From contig OZ059898.1 in NCBI GenBank assembly GCA_964057225.1, forward strand, positions 11,346,001-11,410,000: 64,000 bases of DNA. Direction: 5' to 3'. The stretch comes from Auanema rhodensis (Eukaryota > Animalia > Nematoda). The position numbers and the translations under genes are program-made. The first letter of the stretch is position 1. Each line of letters begins with the position of its first letter. Of the stretch, positions 41,601 through 51,565 are shown piece by piece. A model generated the notes under the pieces. That model saw only the letters and a list, made by a program, of their open reading frames with translations. It was not told the origin of the DNA and did no database searches.

Positions 41601-42070
41601 ATGATTTCGTACATATAGGAATTAGATCAGAAAGCATCAAAAAATTGATTTCTCATGCAAAATATTCGCAGTCAGCAGGATTCGAACCTACGCGGGCAGA
41701 GCCCAATTGATTTCTAGTCAATCTCCTTAACCACTCGGACATGACTGCTTGTAAAAGGAATATACTTTACACTTAAAGTGATAGACGCAATGATTTCGTA
41801 CATATAGGAATTAGATCAAAAGGGATCATAAAATTGATTTCTCATGCAAAATATTCGCAGTCAGCAGGATTCGAACCTACGCGGGCAGAGCCCAATTGAT
41901 TTCTAGTCAATCTCCTTAACCACTCGGACATGACTGCTTGTAAAAGGAATATACTTTACACTTAAAGTGATAGACGCAATGATTTCGTACATATAGGAAT
42001 TAGATCAAAAGGGATCATAAAATTGATTTCTCATGCAAAATATTCGCAGTCAGCAGGATTCGAACCTACG
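35623..42070 (-). repeat. tRNA-Ser(AGA) array block 4: 33 intact genes plus split halves at both ends
   Basis: Genes from 35808 to 41856; split copy starts at 42045. Confidence 0.96.
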
Positions 42071-42318
42071 GGGTCTGAGACGTTTCGTCGTCTCCTATTT
42101 TTACAACCTCTCCCCAGCAAGCCTAACGGTCGTAAATTATACCACACGTGTTGTACTCTCAGTTTTTGGTCGTTTAGACTTCTAAAAATTACCCAAAAAC
42201 TTAAACAGTTCATAAAAAATCAAGGTTTTCAATCTAAACGGCAAGGAGGTTTTTGTGTTAGAAAAAAAAGGTATGGTTCAAAAAATTTATTAGAGTTTAG
42301 TTTTTCAAGTTAAATGAT

Positions 42319-44364
42319 TCAAAAATAAGATTTTCTGGTGTTAAACTTCGCCATCTCCTCGACATATGCTATTATTTCTTGCTGATTAGGCAGTCGGTTA
42401 TTGGAGATGCTCCTAAAGTTTTCAAACTGAACCTCAATCCGTTGTTGCCTCTCAATTACGTTTTTTCTTTTTTTCCTGGCAGGCTCAACATTCGATGACA
42501 AAGCGATCAGGACATGATTAGCCATCAAATTTTCACCATGAAAAAAAGTAATTAATTCAGAAAGAGGAGGATGAGAGCAAGATAAAATAGTCTTCATTTT
42601 ACGGTGAAAAGATTCAACATTATTAGATGTACGAAACTGTTTTATGTCCCATTTGCTCCAATAATGTCGCAAAGGTCCTTCAATCCATGTTTCATTCACA
42701 TAACTGATCATTTGAAGACAAGAAGAATATGATGGATGATCAGAAGAAACAGGAGAATTGAGTAACCCGGACCGTGAGATAAGATCAGTTTGAAGGAAGA
42801 GCAAGCCCAGCAGCCGACCATGCCATTGTTTGATTTCAATGGATTGCTTCTCTGCTTGTGTCAAACCCAGTTGAAGAAACCGTCTGTTCAAGCTCTGAGC
42901 ATAATGAAATGCACATCCTTGAACAGAATTAAAAATAGTTTCAGCTTCCCTTATTACAGCGATCTCAAAATCACAGATAAAAATAAGGTTTTCAACTATG
43001 CAACCAACGTTGGAGAGAGCTAGTGCAATATGTTGAAGAAGCCTTCTATAAGTGAACCTACTCTTATTTTTTAAAATGGAATAGAAAAGAGGTACAGTTG
43101 TTCCATTTCTGCAACCGCCCATGATGGTATATGTTTGTTCCATATCCAAAGGCTGGTATTTGAAACAACCGTCCCCAAGCAAATGAGTTAAACCATGCTG
43201 AACAGCTAGTTCCAAACAAAATGTATCGAAATACAAATGAAACTCGCTGTCATGAAAATGCAAGAACGTACGACCATTGATAGTTTTAGACAGAGACAGA
43301 GGAACATTGGTCATGGATGTTCTTAAGTCTTTACGAGAACTTAAAGCCCTTGTAATAGCTCTACGTCTACTGTCATAGCCACCATGAAACCAAGCAGAGG
43401 AAACTTCTTGCTTTTCATGCTCTTCTAACTCAGATTCATGAAATATTTTTTTTATTTCATTGACAAATAAGGAATATGCTTTCATCTCAAAACATGAGTC
43501 TGAACTTTTGATATTCTGAGTTAGAGAGTATGTGATATTTTTGCATTTGTTAATAGAAAACAAAAATGGATCACAATGATAGTTTTGAGCAATAGGATTT
43601 TCGAGAAATACATTATTTTCTACTTTGATAGAAGTGTATTTACCCAAATGTTTACAACCTGTGCAACGATAAATAGAATAAGCTTTTTGAGAACTTTTAC
43701 TACTGAATTGGTAGCGATACAGCAAGTTTTCAAATTTATATTCTAAACAGGGGTGTACACCCTGCTTAGAAGGCGCAATGAGAGCGGCGTATGAGTTAGG
43801 ATTTGCAGATTGCGAAGAAAATGAAGAAGAAGGAGAGGGAACAGAAGAAGAAGGAGAGGGAACAGAAGAAGAAGGAGAGGGAACAGAAGAAGAAGGAGAG
43901 AGAACAGGTAAAGAAGGAGAGGAAACAGAAGGAGGAGAAGAAGAAAGAGAAGATGACGGTGAAGAATGAACGGCAGAAGAAGAAGAAGAAGGCTGAATAG
44001 AAAGATGTGAAGTAGAAGAAGAGAACAGTGGAACGCTGTTGACAGTAGGAACAGTAACTGTAGCAACAGATTCAACTGAAGAAGATGCCGCAGATGAATT
44101 TGCTAGAGAAAGAGCAGAAGCAAAATTAACATTTTGCTGCCTCAATGGAGGGATATTAAAAGATGGAAGAGTGAAATTCAAAAATGAGAGTGAAGTTACA
44201 TCATTTGAATAAACTTCAAGATTCTGAGTATTTACCGAAGAATTATTAAAAAAGATAGTTATGTTCTCCGAAGGAACATTATCAAAAGGCTGAGAAACAA
44301 GAACAGATTTACCCTGAGCGTTAATCATCAGAGAAAATGGACAGAAAGTAGAAGGAAAAATCAT
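42319..44364 (-). CDS. MULE DDE transposase, 681 aa
   Basis: LLGDGCFK, FICDFE, GCAFH (CxxH), RTSNNVESFH motifs; FLYWCH/WRKY-like YRC..C...H region; Ser/Pro-rich N-terminal linker. Confidence 0.92.
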   Translation of the reverse strand: MIFPSTFCPFSLMINAQGKSVLVSQPFDNVPSENITIFFNNSSVNTQNLEVYSNDVTSLSFLNFTLPSFNIPPLRQQNVNFASALSLANSSAASSSVESVATVTVPTVNSVPLFSSSTSHLSIQPSSSSSAVHSSPSSSLSSSPPSVSSPSLPVLSPSSSVPSPSSSVPSPSSSVPSPSSSFSSQSANPNSYAALIAPSKQGVHPCLEYKFENLLYRYQFSSKSSQKAYSIYRCTGCKHLGKYTSIKVENNVFLENPIAQNYHCDPFLFSINKCKNITYSLTQNIKSSDSCFEMKAYSLFVNEIKKIFHESELEEHEKQEVSSAWFHGGYDSRRRAITRALSSRKDLRTSMTNVPLSLSKTINGRTFLHFHDSEFHLYFDTFCLELAVQHGLTHLLGDGCFKYQPLDMEQTYTIMGGCRNGTTVPLFYSILKNKSRFTYRRLLQHIALALSNVGCIVENLIFICDFEIAVIREAETIFNSVQGCAFHYAQSLNRRFLQLGLTQAEKQSIEIKQWHGRLLGLLFLQTDLISRSGLLNSPVSSDHPSYSSCLQMISYVNETWIEGPLRHYWSKWDIKQFRTSNNVESFHRKMKTILSCSHPPLSELITFFHGENLMANHVLIALSSNVEPARKKRKNVIERQQRIEVQFENFRSISNNRLPNQQEIIAYVEEMAKFNTRKSYF
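43823..43906. repeat. 21-bp coding minisatellite (VPSPSSS) in transposase
   Basis: GAAGAAGAAGGAGAGGGAACA x3 plus one variant; x4 plus variant in copy 2 (47231-47335). Confidence 0.9.
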
Positions 44365-44712
44365 GATGAACGAGAAAAGATGAGAAAGTGTGAATAAGCA
44401 AACTTATCGAAAGAAAAGATAAACTAACAACTATTACTATGAACTCACGTAACTGTTGACTTGAAACTGTTTGATGATAGCCTGGTTGATAGAACTGTAT
44501 GTTTATTTTAATTTCTGCTTTTTTCAATTTATATTTTGATGGCACTTCAAGGTATGTAGCCACTTATAACTGAATTCTATAGATTTATAGCTTTAATAGC
44601 ACCCCGAGTTACATGAACACTGACACTTGTCAGCACATTATCATAAAGTTTGCCCTCTAATGATCAGCCTGAACTAGTTCACAAACTAGAGACGACGAAA
44701 CGTCCGCCACCC

Positions 44713-45478
44713 CGAACCTACGCGGGCAGAGCCCAATTGATTTCTAGTCAATCTCCTTAACCACTCGGACATGACTGCTTGCAGAAGGAATATACTTTAC
44801 AGTTAAAGTGATAGACGCCATGATCTCGTACTTATTGGAATTAGATCAAAAAGGATCAAAAAATTGATTTCTCATGCAAAATATTCGCAGTCAGCAGGAT
44901 TCGAACCTACGCGGGCAGAGCCCAATTGATTTCTAGTCAATCTCCTTAACCACTCGGACATGACTGCTTGTAGAAGGAATATACTATACAGTTCAAGTGA
45001 TAGACGCAATGATCTCGTACTTTTTGGAATAAGATCAAAAAGGATCAAAAAATTGATTTATCATGCAAAATATTCGCAGTCAGCAGGATTCGAACCTACG
45101 CGGGCAGAGCCCAATTGATTTCTAGTCAATCTCCTTAACCACTCGGACATGACTGCTTGTAGAAGGAATATACTTTACAGTTAAAGTGATAGACGCAATG
45201 ATTTCGTACATATAGGAATTAGATCAAAAAGCATCAAAAAATTGATTTATCATGCAAAATATTCGCAGTCAGCAGGATTCGAACCTACGCGGGCAGAGCC
45301 CAATTGATTTCTAGTCAATCTCCTTAACCACTCGGACATGACTGCTTGTAGAAGGAATATACTTTACAGTTAAAGTGATAGACGCAATGATCTCGTACTT
45401 ATTGAAATTAGATCAAATGGGATCAAAAAGTTGATTTCTCATGCAAAATATTCGCAGTCAGCAGGATTCGAACCTACG
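44713..45478 (-). repeat. tRNA-Ser(AGA) array block 5: 3 intact genes between the MULEs
   Basis: Genes at 44886, 45075, 45264, plus two split halves. Confidence 0.95.
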
Positions 45479-48141
45479 CGGGCAGAGACGTTTCGTCGTC
45501 TCCTATTTTTACAACCTCTCCCCAGCAAACATAACGGTCGTAAATTATACCACACGTGTTGTACTCTCAGTTTTTGGTCGTTTAGACTTCTAAAAATTAC
45601 CCAAAAACTTAAACAGTTCATAAAAAATCAAGGTTTTCAATCTAAACGGCAAGGAGGTTTTTGTGTTAGAAAAAAAAGATATGGTTCAAAAAATTTATTA
45701 GAGTTTAGTTTTTCAAGTTAAATGATTCAAAAATAAGATTTTCTGGTGTTAAACTTCGCCATCTCCTCGACATATGCTATTATTTCTTGCTGATTAGGCA
45801 GTCGGTTATTGGAGATGCTCCTAAAGTTTTCAAACTGAACCTCAATCCGTTGTTGCCTCTCAATTACGTTTTTTCTTTTTTTCCTGGCAGGCTCAACATT
45901 CGATGACAAAGCGATCAGGACATGATTAGCCATCAAATTTTCACCATGAAAAAAAGTAATTAATTCAGAAAGAGGAGGATGAGAGCAAGATAAAATAGTC
46001 TTCATTTTACGGTGAAAAGATTCAACATTATTAGATGTACGAAACTGTTTTATGTCCCATTTGTTCCAATAATGTCGCAAAGGTCCTTCAATCCATGTTT
46101 CATTCACATAACTGATCATTTGAAGACAAGAAGAATATGATGGATGATCAGAAGAAACAGGAGAATTGAGTAACCCGGACCGTGAGATAAGATCAGTTTG
46201 AAGGAAGAGCAAGCCCAGCAGCCGACCATGCCATTGTTTGATTTCAATGGATTGCTTCTCTGCTTGTGTCAAACCCAGTTGAAGAGACCGTCTGTTCAAG
46301 CTCTGAGCATAATGAAATGCACATCCTTGAACAGAATTAAAAATAGTTTCAGCTTCCCTTATTACAGCGATCTCAAAATCACAGATAAAAATAAGGTTTT
46401 CAACTATGCAACCAACGTTGGAGAGAGCTAGTGCAATATGTTGAAGAAGCCTTCTATAAGTGAACCTACTCTTATTTTTTAAAATGGAATAGAAAAGAGG
46501 TACAGTTGTTCCATTTCTGCAACCGCCCATGATGGTATATGTTTGTTCCATATCCAAAGGCTGGTATTTGAAACAACCGTCCCCAAGCAAATGAGTTAAA
46601 CCATGCTGAACAGCTAGTTCCAAACAAAATGTATCGAAATACAAATGAAACTCGCTGTCATGAAAATGCAAGAACGTACGACCATTGATAGTTTTAGACA
46701 GAGACAGAGGAACATTGGTCATGGATGTTCTTAAGTCTTTACGAGAACTTAAAGCCCTTGTAATAGCTCTACGTCTACTGTCATAGCCACCATGAAACCA
46801 AGCAGAGGTAACTTCTTGCTTTTCATGCTCTTCTAACTCAGATTCATGAAATATTTTTTTTATTTCATTGACAAATAAGGAATATGCTTTCATCTCAAAA
46901 CATGAGTCTGAACTTTTGATATTCTGAGTTAGAGAGTATGTGATATTTTTGCATTTGTTAATAGAAAACAAAAATGGATCACAATGATAGTTTTGAGCAA
47001 TAGGATTTTCGAGAAATACATTATTTTCTACTTTGATAGAAGTGTATTTACCCAAATGTTTACAACCTGTGCAACGATAAATAGAATAAGCTTTTTGAGA
47101 ACTTTTACTACTGAATTGGTAGCGATACAGCAAGTTTTCAAATTTATATTCTAAACAGGGGTGTACACCCTGCTTAGAAGGCGCAATGAGAGCGGCGTAT
47201 GAGTTAGGATTTGCAGATTGCGAAGAAAATGAAGAAGAAGGAGAGGGAACAGAAGAAGAAGGAGAGGGAACAGAAGAAGAAGGAGAGGGAACAGAAGAAG
47301 AAGGAGAGGGAACAGAAGAAGAAGGAGAGAGAACAGGTAAAGAAGGAGAGGAAACAGAAGGAGGAGAAGAAGAAAGAGAAGATGACGGTGAAGAATGAAC
47401 GGCAGAAGAAGAAGAAGAAGGCTGAATAGAAAGATGTGAAGTAGAAGAAGAGAACAGTGGAACGCTGTTGACAGTAGGAACAGTAACTGTAGCAACAGAT
47501 TCAACTGAAGAAGATGCCGCAGATGAATTTGCTAGAGAAAGAGCAGAAGCAAAATTAACATTTTGCTGCCTCAATGGAGGGATATTAAAAGATGGAAGAG
47601 TGAAATTCAAAAATGAGAGTGAAGTTACATCATTTGAATAAACTTCAAGATTCTGAGTATTTACCGAAGAATTATTAAAAAAGATAGTTATGTTCTCCGA
47701 AGGAACATTATCAAAAGGCTGAGAAACAAGAACAGATTTACCCTGAGCGTTAATCATCAGAGAAAATGGACAGAAAGTAGAAGGAAAAATCATGATGAAC
47801 GAGAAAAGATGAGAAAGTGTGAATAAGCAAACTTATCGAAAGAAAAGATAAACTAACAACTATTACTATGAACTCACGTAACTGTTGACTTGAAACTGTT
47901 TGATGATAGCCTGGTTGATAGAACTGTATGTTTATTTTAATTTCTGCTTTTTTCAATTTATATTTTGATGGCACTTCAAGGTATGTAGCCACTTATAACT
48001 GAATTCTATAGATTTATAGCTTTAATAGCACCCCGAGTTACATGAACACTGGCACTTGTCAGCACATTATCATAAAGTTTGCCCTCTAATGATCAGCCTG
48101 AACTAGTTCACAAACTAGAGACGACGAAACGTCCGCCACCC
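45479..48141 (-). mobile_element. MULE copy 2, ~2663 bp, same tRNA position; left terminal 9 nt read as tRNA sequence
   Basis: Near-identical to copy 1 (+21 bp, a few SNPs); right end ...CGCCACCC followed by GAACCTACG. Confidence 0.93.
45727..47793 (-). CDS. MULE DDE transposase, 688 aa
   Basis: Same motifs as copy 1; one extra 7-aa repeat and 3 substitutions (S>T, F>S, S>N). Confidence 0.92.
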   Translation of the reverse strand: MIFPSTFCPFSLMINAQGKSVLVSQPFDNVPSENITIFFNNSSVNTQNLEVYSNDVTSLSFLNFTLPSFNIPPLRQQNVNFASALSLANSSAASSSVESVATVTVPTVNSVPLFSSSTSHLSIQPSSSSSAVHSSPSSSLSSSPPSVSSPSLPVLSPSSSVPSPSSSVPSPSSSVPSPSSSVPSPSSSFSSQSANPNSYAALIAPSKQGVHPCLEYKFENLLYRYQFSSKSSQKAYSIYRCTGCKHLGKYTSIKVENNVFLENPIAQNYHCDPFLFSINKCKNITYSLTQNIKSSDSCFEMKAYSLFVNEIKKIFHESELEEHEKQEVTSAWFHGGYDSRRRAITRALSSRKDLRTSMTNVPLSLSKTINGRTFLHFHDSEFHLYFDTFCLELAVQHGLTHLLGDGCFKYQPLDMEQTYTIMGGCRNGTTVPLFYSILKNKSRFTYRRLLQHIALALSNVGCIVENLIFICDFEIAVIREAETIFNSVQGCAFHYAQSLNRRSLQLGLTQAEKQSIEIKQWHGRLLGLLFLQTDLISRSGLLNSPVSSDHPSYSSCLQMISYVNETWIEGPLRHYWNKWDIKQFRTSNNVESFHRKMKTILSCSHPPLSELITFFHGENLMANHVLIALSSNVEPARKKRKNVIERQQRIEVQFENFRSISNNRLPNQQEIIAYVEEMAKFNTRKSYF

Positions 48142-49462
48142 GAACCTACGCGGGCAGAGCCCAATTGATTTCTAGTCAATCTCCTTAACCACTCGGACAT
48201 GACTGCTTGTAAAAGGAATATACTTTACACTTAAAGTGATAGACGCAATGATTTCGTACATATAGGAATTAGATCAGAAAGCATCAAAAAATTGATTTCT
48301 CATGCAAAATATTCGCAGTCAGCAGGATTCGAACCTACGCGGGCAGAGCCCAATTGATTTCTAGTCAATCTCCTTAACCACTCGGACATGACTGCTTGTA
48401 AAAGGAATATACTTTACAGTTAAAGTGATAGACGCAATGATCTCGTACTTTTTGGAATAAGATCAAAAGGGATCATAAAATTGATTTCTCATGCAAAATA
48501 TTCGCAGTCAGCAGGATTCGAACCTACGCGGGCAGAGCCCAATTGATTTCTAGTCAATCTCCTTAACCACTCGGACATGACTGCTTGTAAAAGGAATATA
48601 CTTTACAGTTAAAGTGATAGACGCAATGATCTCGTACTTTTTGGAATAAGATCAAAAGGGATCATAAAATTGATTTCTCATGCAAAATATTCGCAGTCAG
48701 CAGGATTCGAACCTACGCGGGCAGAGCCCAATTGATTTCTAGTCAATCTCCTTAACCACTCGGACATGACTGCTTGTAAAAGGAATATACTTTACACTTA
48801 AAGTGATAGACGCAATGATTTCCTACATATAGGAATTAGATCAGAAAGCATCAAAAAATTGATTTCTCATGCAAAATATTCGCAGTCAGCAGGATTCGAA
48901 CCTACGCGGGCAGAGCCCAATTGATTTCTAGTCAATCTCCTTAACCACTCGGACATGACTGCTTGTAAAAGGAATATACTTTACACTTAAAGTGATAGAT
49001 GCAATGATTTCGTACATATAGGAATTAGATCAGAAAGCATCAAAAAATTGATTTCTCATGCAAAATATTCGCAGTCAGCAGGATTCGAACCTACGCGGGC
49101 AGAGCCCAATTGATTTCTAGTCAATCTCCTTAACCACTCGGACATGACTGCTTGTAAAAGGAATATACTTTACAGTTAAAGTGATAGACGCAATGATCTC
49201 GTACTTTTTGGAATAAGATCAAAAGGGATCATAAAATTGATTTCTCATGCAAAATATTCGCAGTCAGCAGGATTCGAACCTACGCGGGCAGAGCCCAATT
49301 GATTTCTAGTCAATCTCCTTAACCACTCGGACATGACTGCTTGTAAAAGTAATATACTTTACAGTTCAAGTGATAGACGCAATGATCTCGTACTTTTTGG
49401 AATAAGATCAAATGGGATCAAAAAATTGATTTCTCATGCAAAATATTCGCAGTCAGCAGGAT
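48142..49462 (-). repeat. tRNA-Ser(AGA) array block 6: 6 intact genes plus split halves
   Basis: Genes from 48314 to 49259; split copy starts at 49448. Confidence 0.95.
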
Positions 49463-49807
49463 CGTTCCATTCGGACTCCCCATATATGTAGCTGAAGGGT
49501 TAGAGCCAGACGACCAGAGGACCGAGGAATGGCTCCGCCTTCCCTCGTTCCCTTGGTCGGGAGTTCGCCTCTTAGCAAGCTCATGGACGGCTTGTAGTTT
49601 AGTCTTTATACTTATATTTATCTTATTGTAATGTATCTTTATCTTTGTATATTATTGTTGTAGTTTCATGCCAATAAATCTTTCTCTCTTTTATCTTATG
49701 ATTGACCTTATGCTCTTTATTCCTTACCGCTACACCAAGGAATACTATGTGCGTCATAGTATAAACTACAATGGTTTATATTATCGACGCAGGAGCATAA
49801 CGGAACG
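49463..49807 (+). repeat. 5' LTR, family B
   Basis: Direct repeat of 61198-61542; terminal inverted repeat CGTTCC...GGAACG; AATAAA at ~49673. Confidence 0.97.
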
Positions 49808-49820
49808 TGGAGGTTCCACC
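49808..49820 (+). promoter_or_regulatory. Primer binding site, tRNA-Gln
   Basis: TGGAGGTTCCACC, identical to family A. Confidence 0.85.
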
Positions 49821-50794
49821 TCGAACTCATCTTTTGGAAAAAAAAAAAAATTTTTTTTTATTGTAAAAGTCCATTTTTGCATTCTAAATTATAAATCCTC
49901 CACTTGAAACAACAAAATGAAGGCGCCAATTTGTTTTAAGGTACAGATACAAGGGATCTCGCTTAAATGCGAGATAGGACCAATAAAATTTTCGCCCGCC
50001 GTCCTCAATTTAAAACCGTCTGAATGTCCACCCTTTTCTTTATCGTATCTTGTACCGCTTCTCATGCCATTTTGAGGACGTTTGGATTGAAATAGAGGAC
50101 AATTTCGCCAAACGAGAAATTATAATTGTTCACATTTTTTTTGGGCATAGAGAAGTTTGATTATTGGAACAAAAATGTATAAGACGCGCGCAATTGATTA
50201 TAGTTTGTATATTTTGTGGTCAGGACTAGAATTTTGAAATATTATTATATTCAGACGTAAAAGACCATTTTACATATTATTTTGCGGGAAACCAAAAACG
50301 GTTACATAAATTGAATATAAAAAGAGACCACACTAGTCCGAAAAAGCCTGGTAAATCTGCAATAAGACTTCTCAGCTCTTAATTGACAGTCAGGTCAAGT
50401 TGGCGGAAGCATAACTGCTACGGATTTTATCCCCGTAGATTATGTCACCTTCCTCAAATCATTTCGTTGTTTCAACTCATAAGATACCCCTTATTTCCTA
50501 CAGTAATCCTAAGTAAATGGGAAATGTTTAAAAATAGACGTATTTTTCTCATTTTCAAAAAGAAATTCGCTTAGGAAAACGCACTTTTGCTTATTTTGAT
50601 CAAGAAAAAGGACAGCCTTTTCAATAACTCTCCTCAAACCTCATTAGCATGCACAATGTCGAAAACATTTTGAGCAAAACATGCTATTTAAGGGAAAAAG
50701 AATGAGGAAAAGATTGAAAACATAAGTCCATTTTCTTGACGAAAACAGAGCAAAGCGCATAAAAATAAAAACACAGAGTACAAACTTTATTCAG

Positions 50795-51339
50795 TCAATA
50801 CCCATATTTGATTTGCAACCGAGTTCGAAACTCAGAGGCAAGAAACATAGGAGTTTCGCTCGCAATTAAATCTTCACTATATTCTAAACCTCGCGAAACC
50901 CTAAGTTCCAAACCAAATAATGAGTCATCATAAACAATATAGATTTTAAACAATAATCTATATAATAAATAATAATAAAAATAACTCTTTTCCTGGTACC
51001 AGGCCCAAGGACGTGCGGTTAATAAACCGGCCCTACCATTATATACATGAGCGCATAGATCAACTAAGCACCTTCGACCAACAAGCTCCACTTCGGGAGC
51101 TACATCTACGAAGGTGGCAAAGTTTATATGGCCCTGCCCCAAATAATACATTTGGAGATCTTCGATAAGCTAAAGTAATCAAATAATCAAACATAAAATG
51201 GAGATACACAAACCATCAAAATTATATCAGGATGTGGCCTATAAGCCAAAACTCCTTCTCCATCGTATTCAACGATGGATTCGTATAATTTCCACAGGAC
51301 ATAAGTCATGCCAGTGGGATTATAACGTTGGAAATCCAT
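50795..51339 (-). CDS. Putative antisense two-exon accessory gene in the family B leader (~166 aa, unknown function)
   Basis: AAAA-ATG at 51339; 44-nt phase-0 GTTTGT...CTTTAG intron (51170-51213) joins two ORFs in frame; AATAAA 3 nt after the stop. Confidence 0.45.
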
Positions 51340-51565
51340 TTTTTTTTCTTTCTTTCTTTTCTTTTCTTTTGTTTCTAACCTTAAAATAAATGTCCAAAGG
51401 CCGCAAAAGTACAAAGGGGACGACATGAATAAAGTTTTTTCTGAAGATTCTAGAGCAGTAAGAAAACAAAATTAGAGGAAAGTGCAAGAGCGGATAAAAA
51501 TAGTTTTTGAGAAGAGATAAACATCATTAACTATAATAAGCTTACGGTAGATAGGCGGAGTCAGA

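Larger units (their letters stand above)
42071..44712 (-). mobile_element. Mutator-like (MULE) DNA transposon copy 1, 2642 bp, in tRNA B-box
   Basis: 24-bp imperfect TIRs GGGTCTGAGACGTTTCGTCGTCTC / GAGACGACGAAACGTCCGCCACCC (20/24), flanked by (C)GAACCTACG repeats. Ends are ambiguous by 1 nt. Confidence 0.93.

Noticed and set aside
43743-44075. Leu-rich, Glu-rich and Lys-rich ORFs (also 47151-47504)
   Set aside because: Alternative frames of the 21-bp repeat inside the transposase.
42071-48141. Dada-superfamily assignment because of tRNA targeting
   Set aside because: TIRs, a 9-10 bp TSD and the DG.F / DFE / CxxH / T.N..E..H motifs fit Mutator.
50955-51000. Second intron in the antisense gene (GTACCAG...TATAG, 42 nt)
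   Set aside because: Removing it creates an in-frame TGA, so it was left out of the model.
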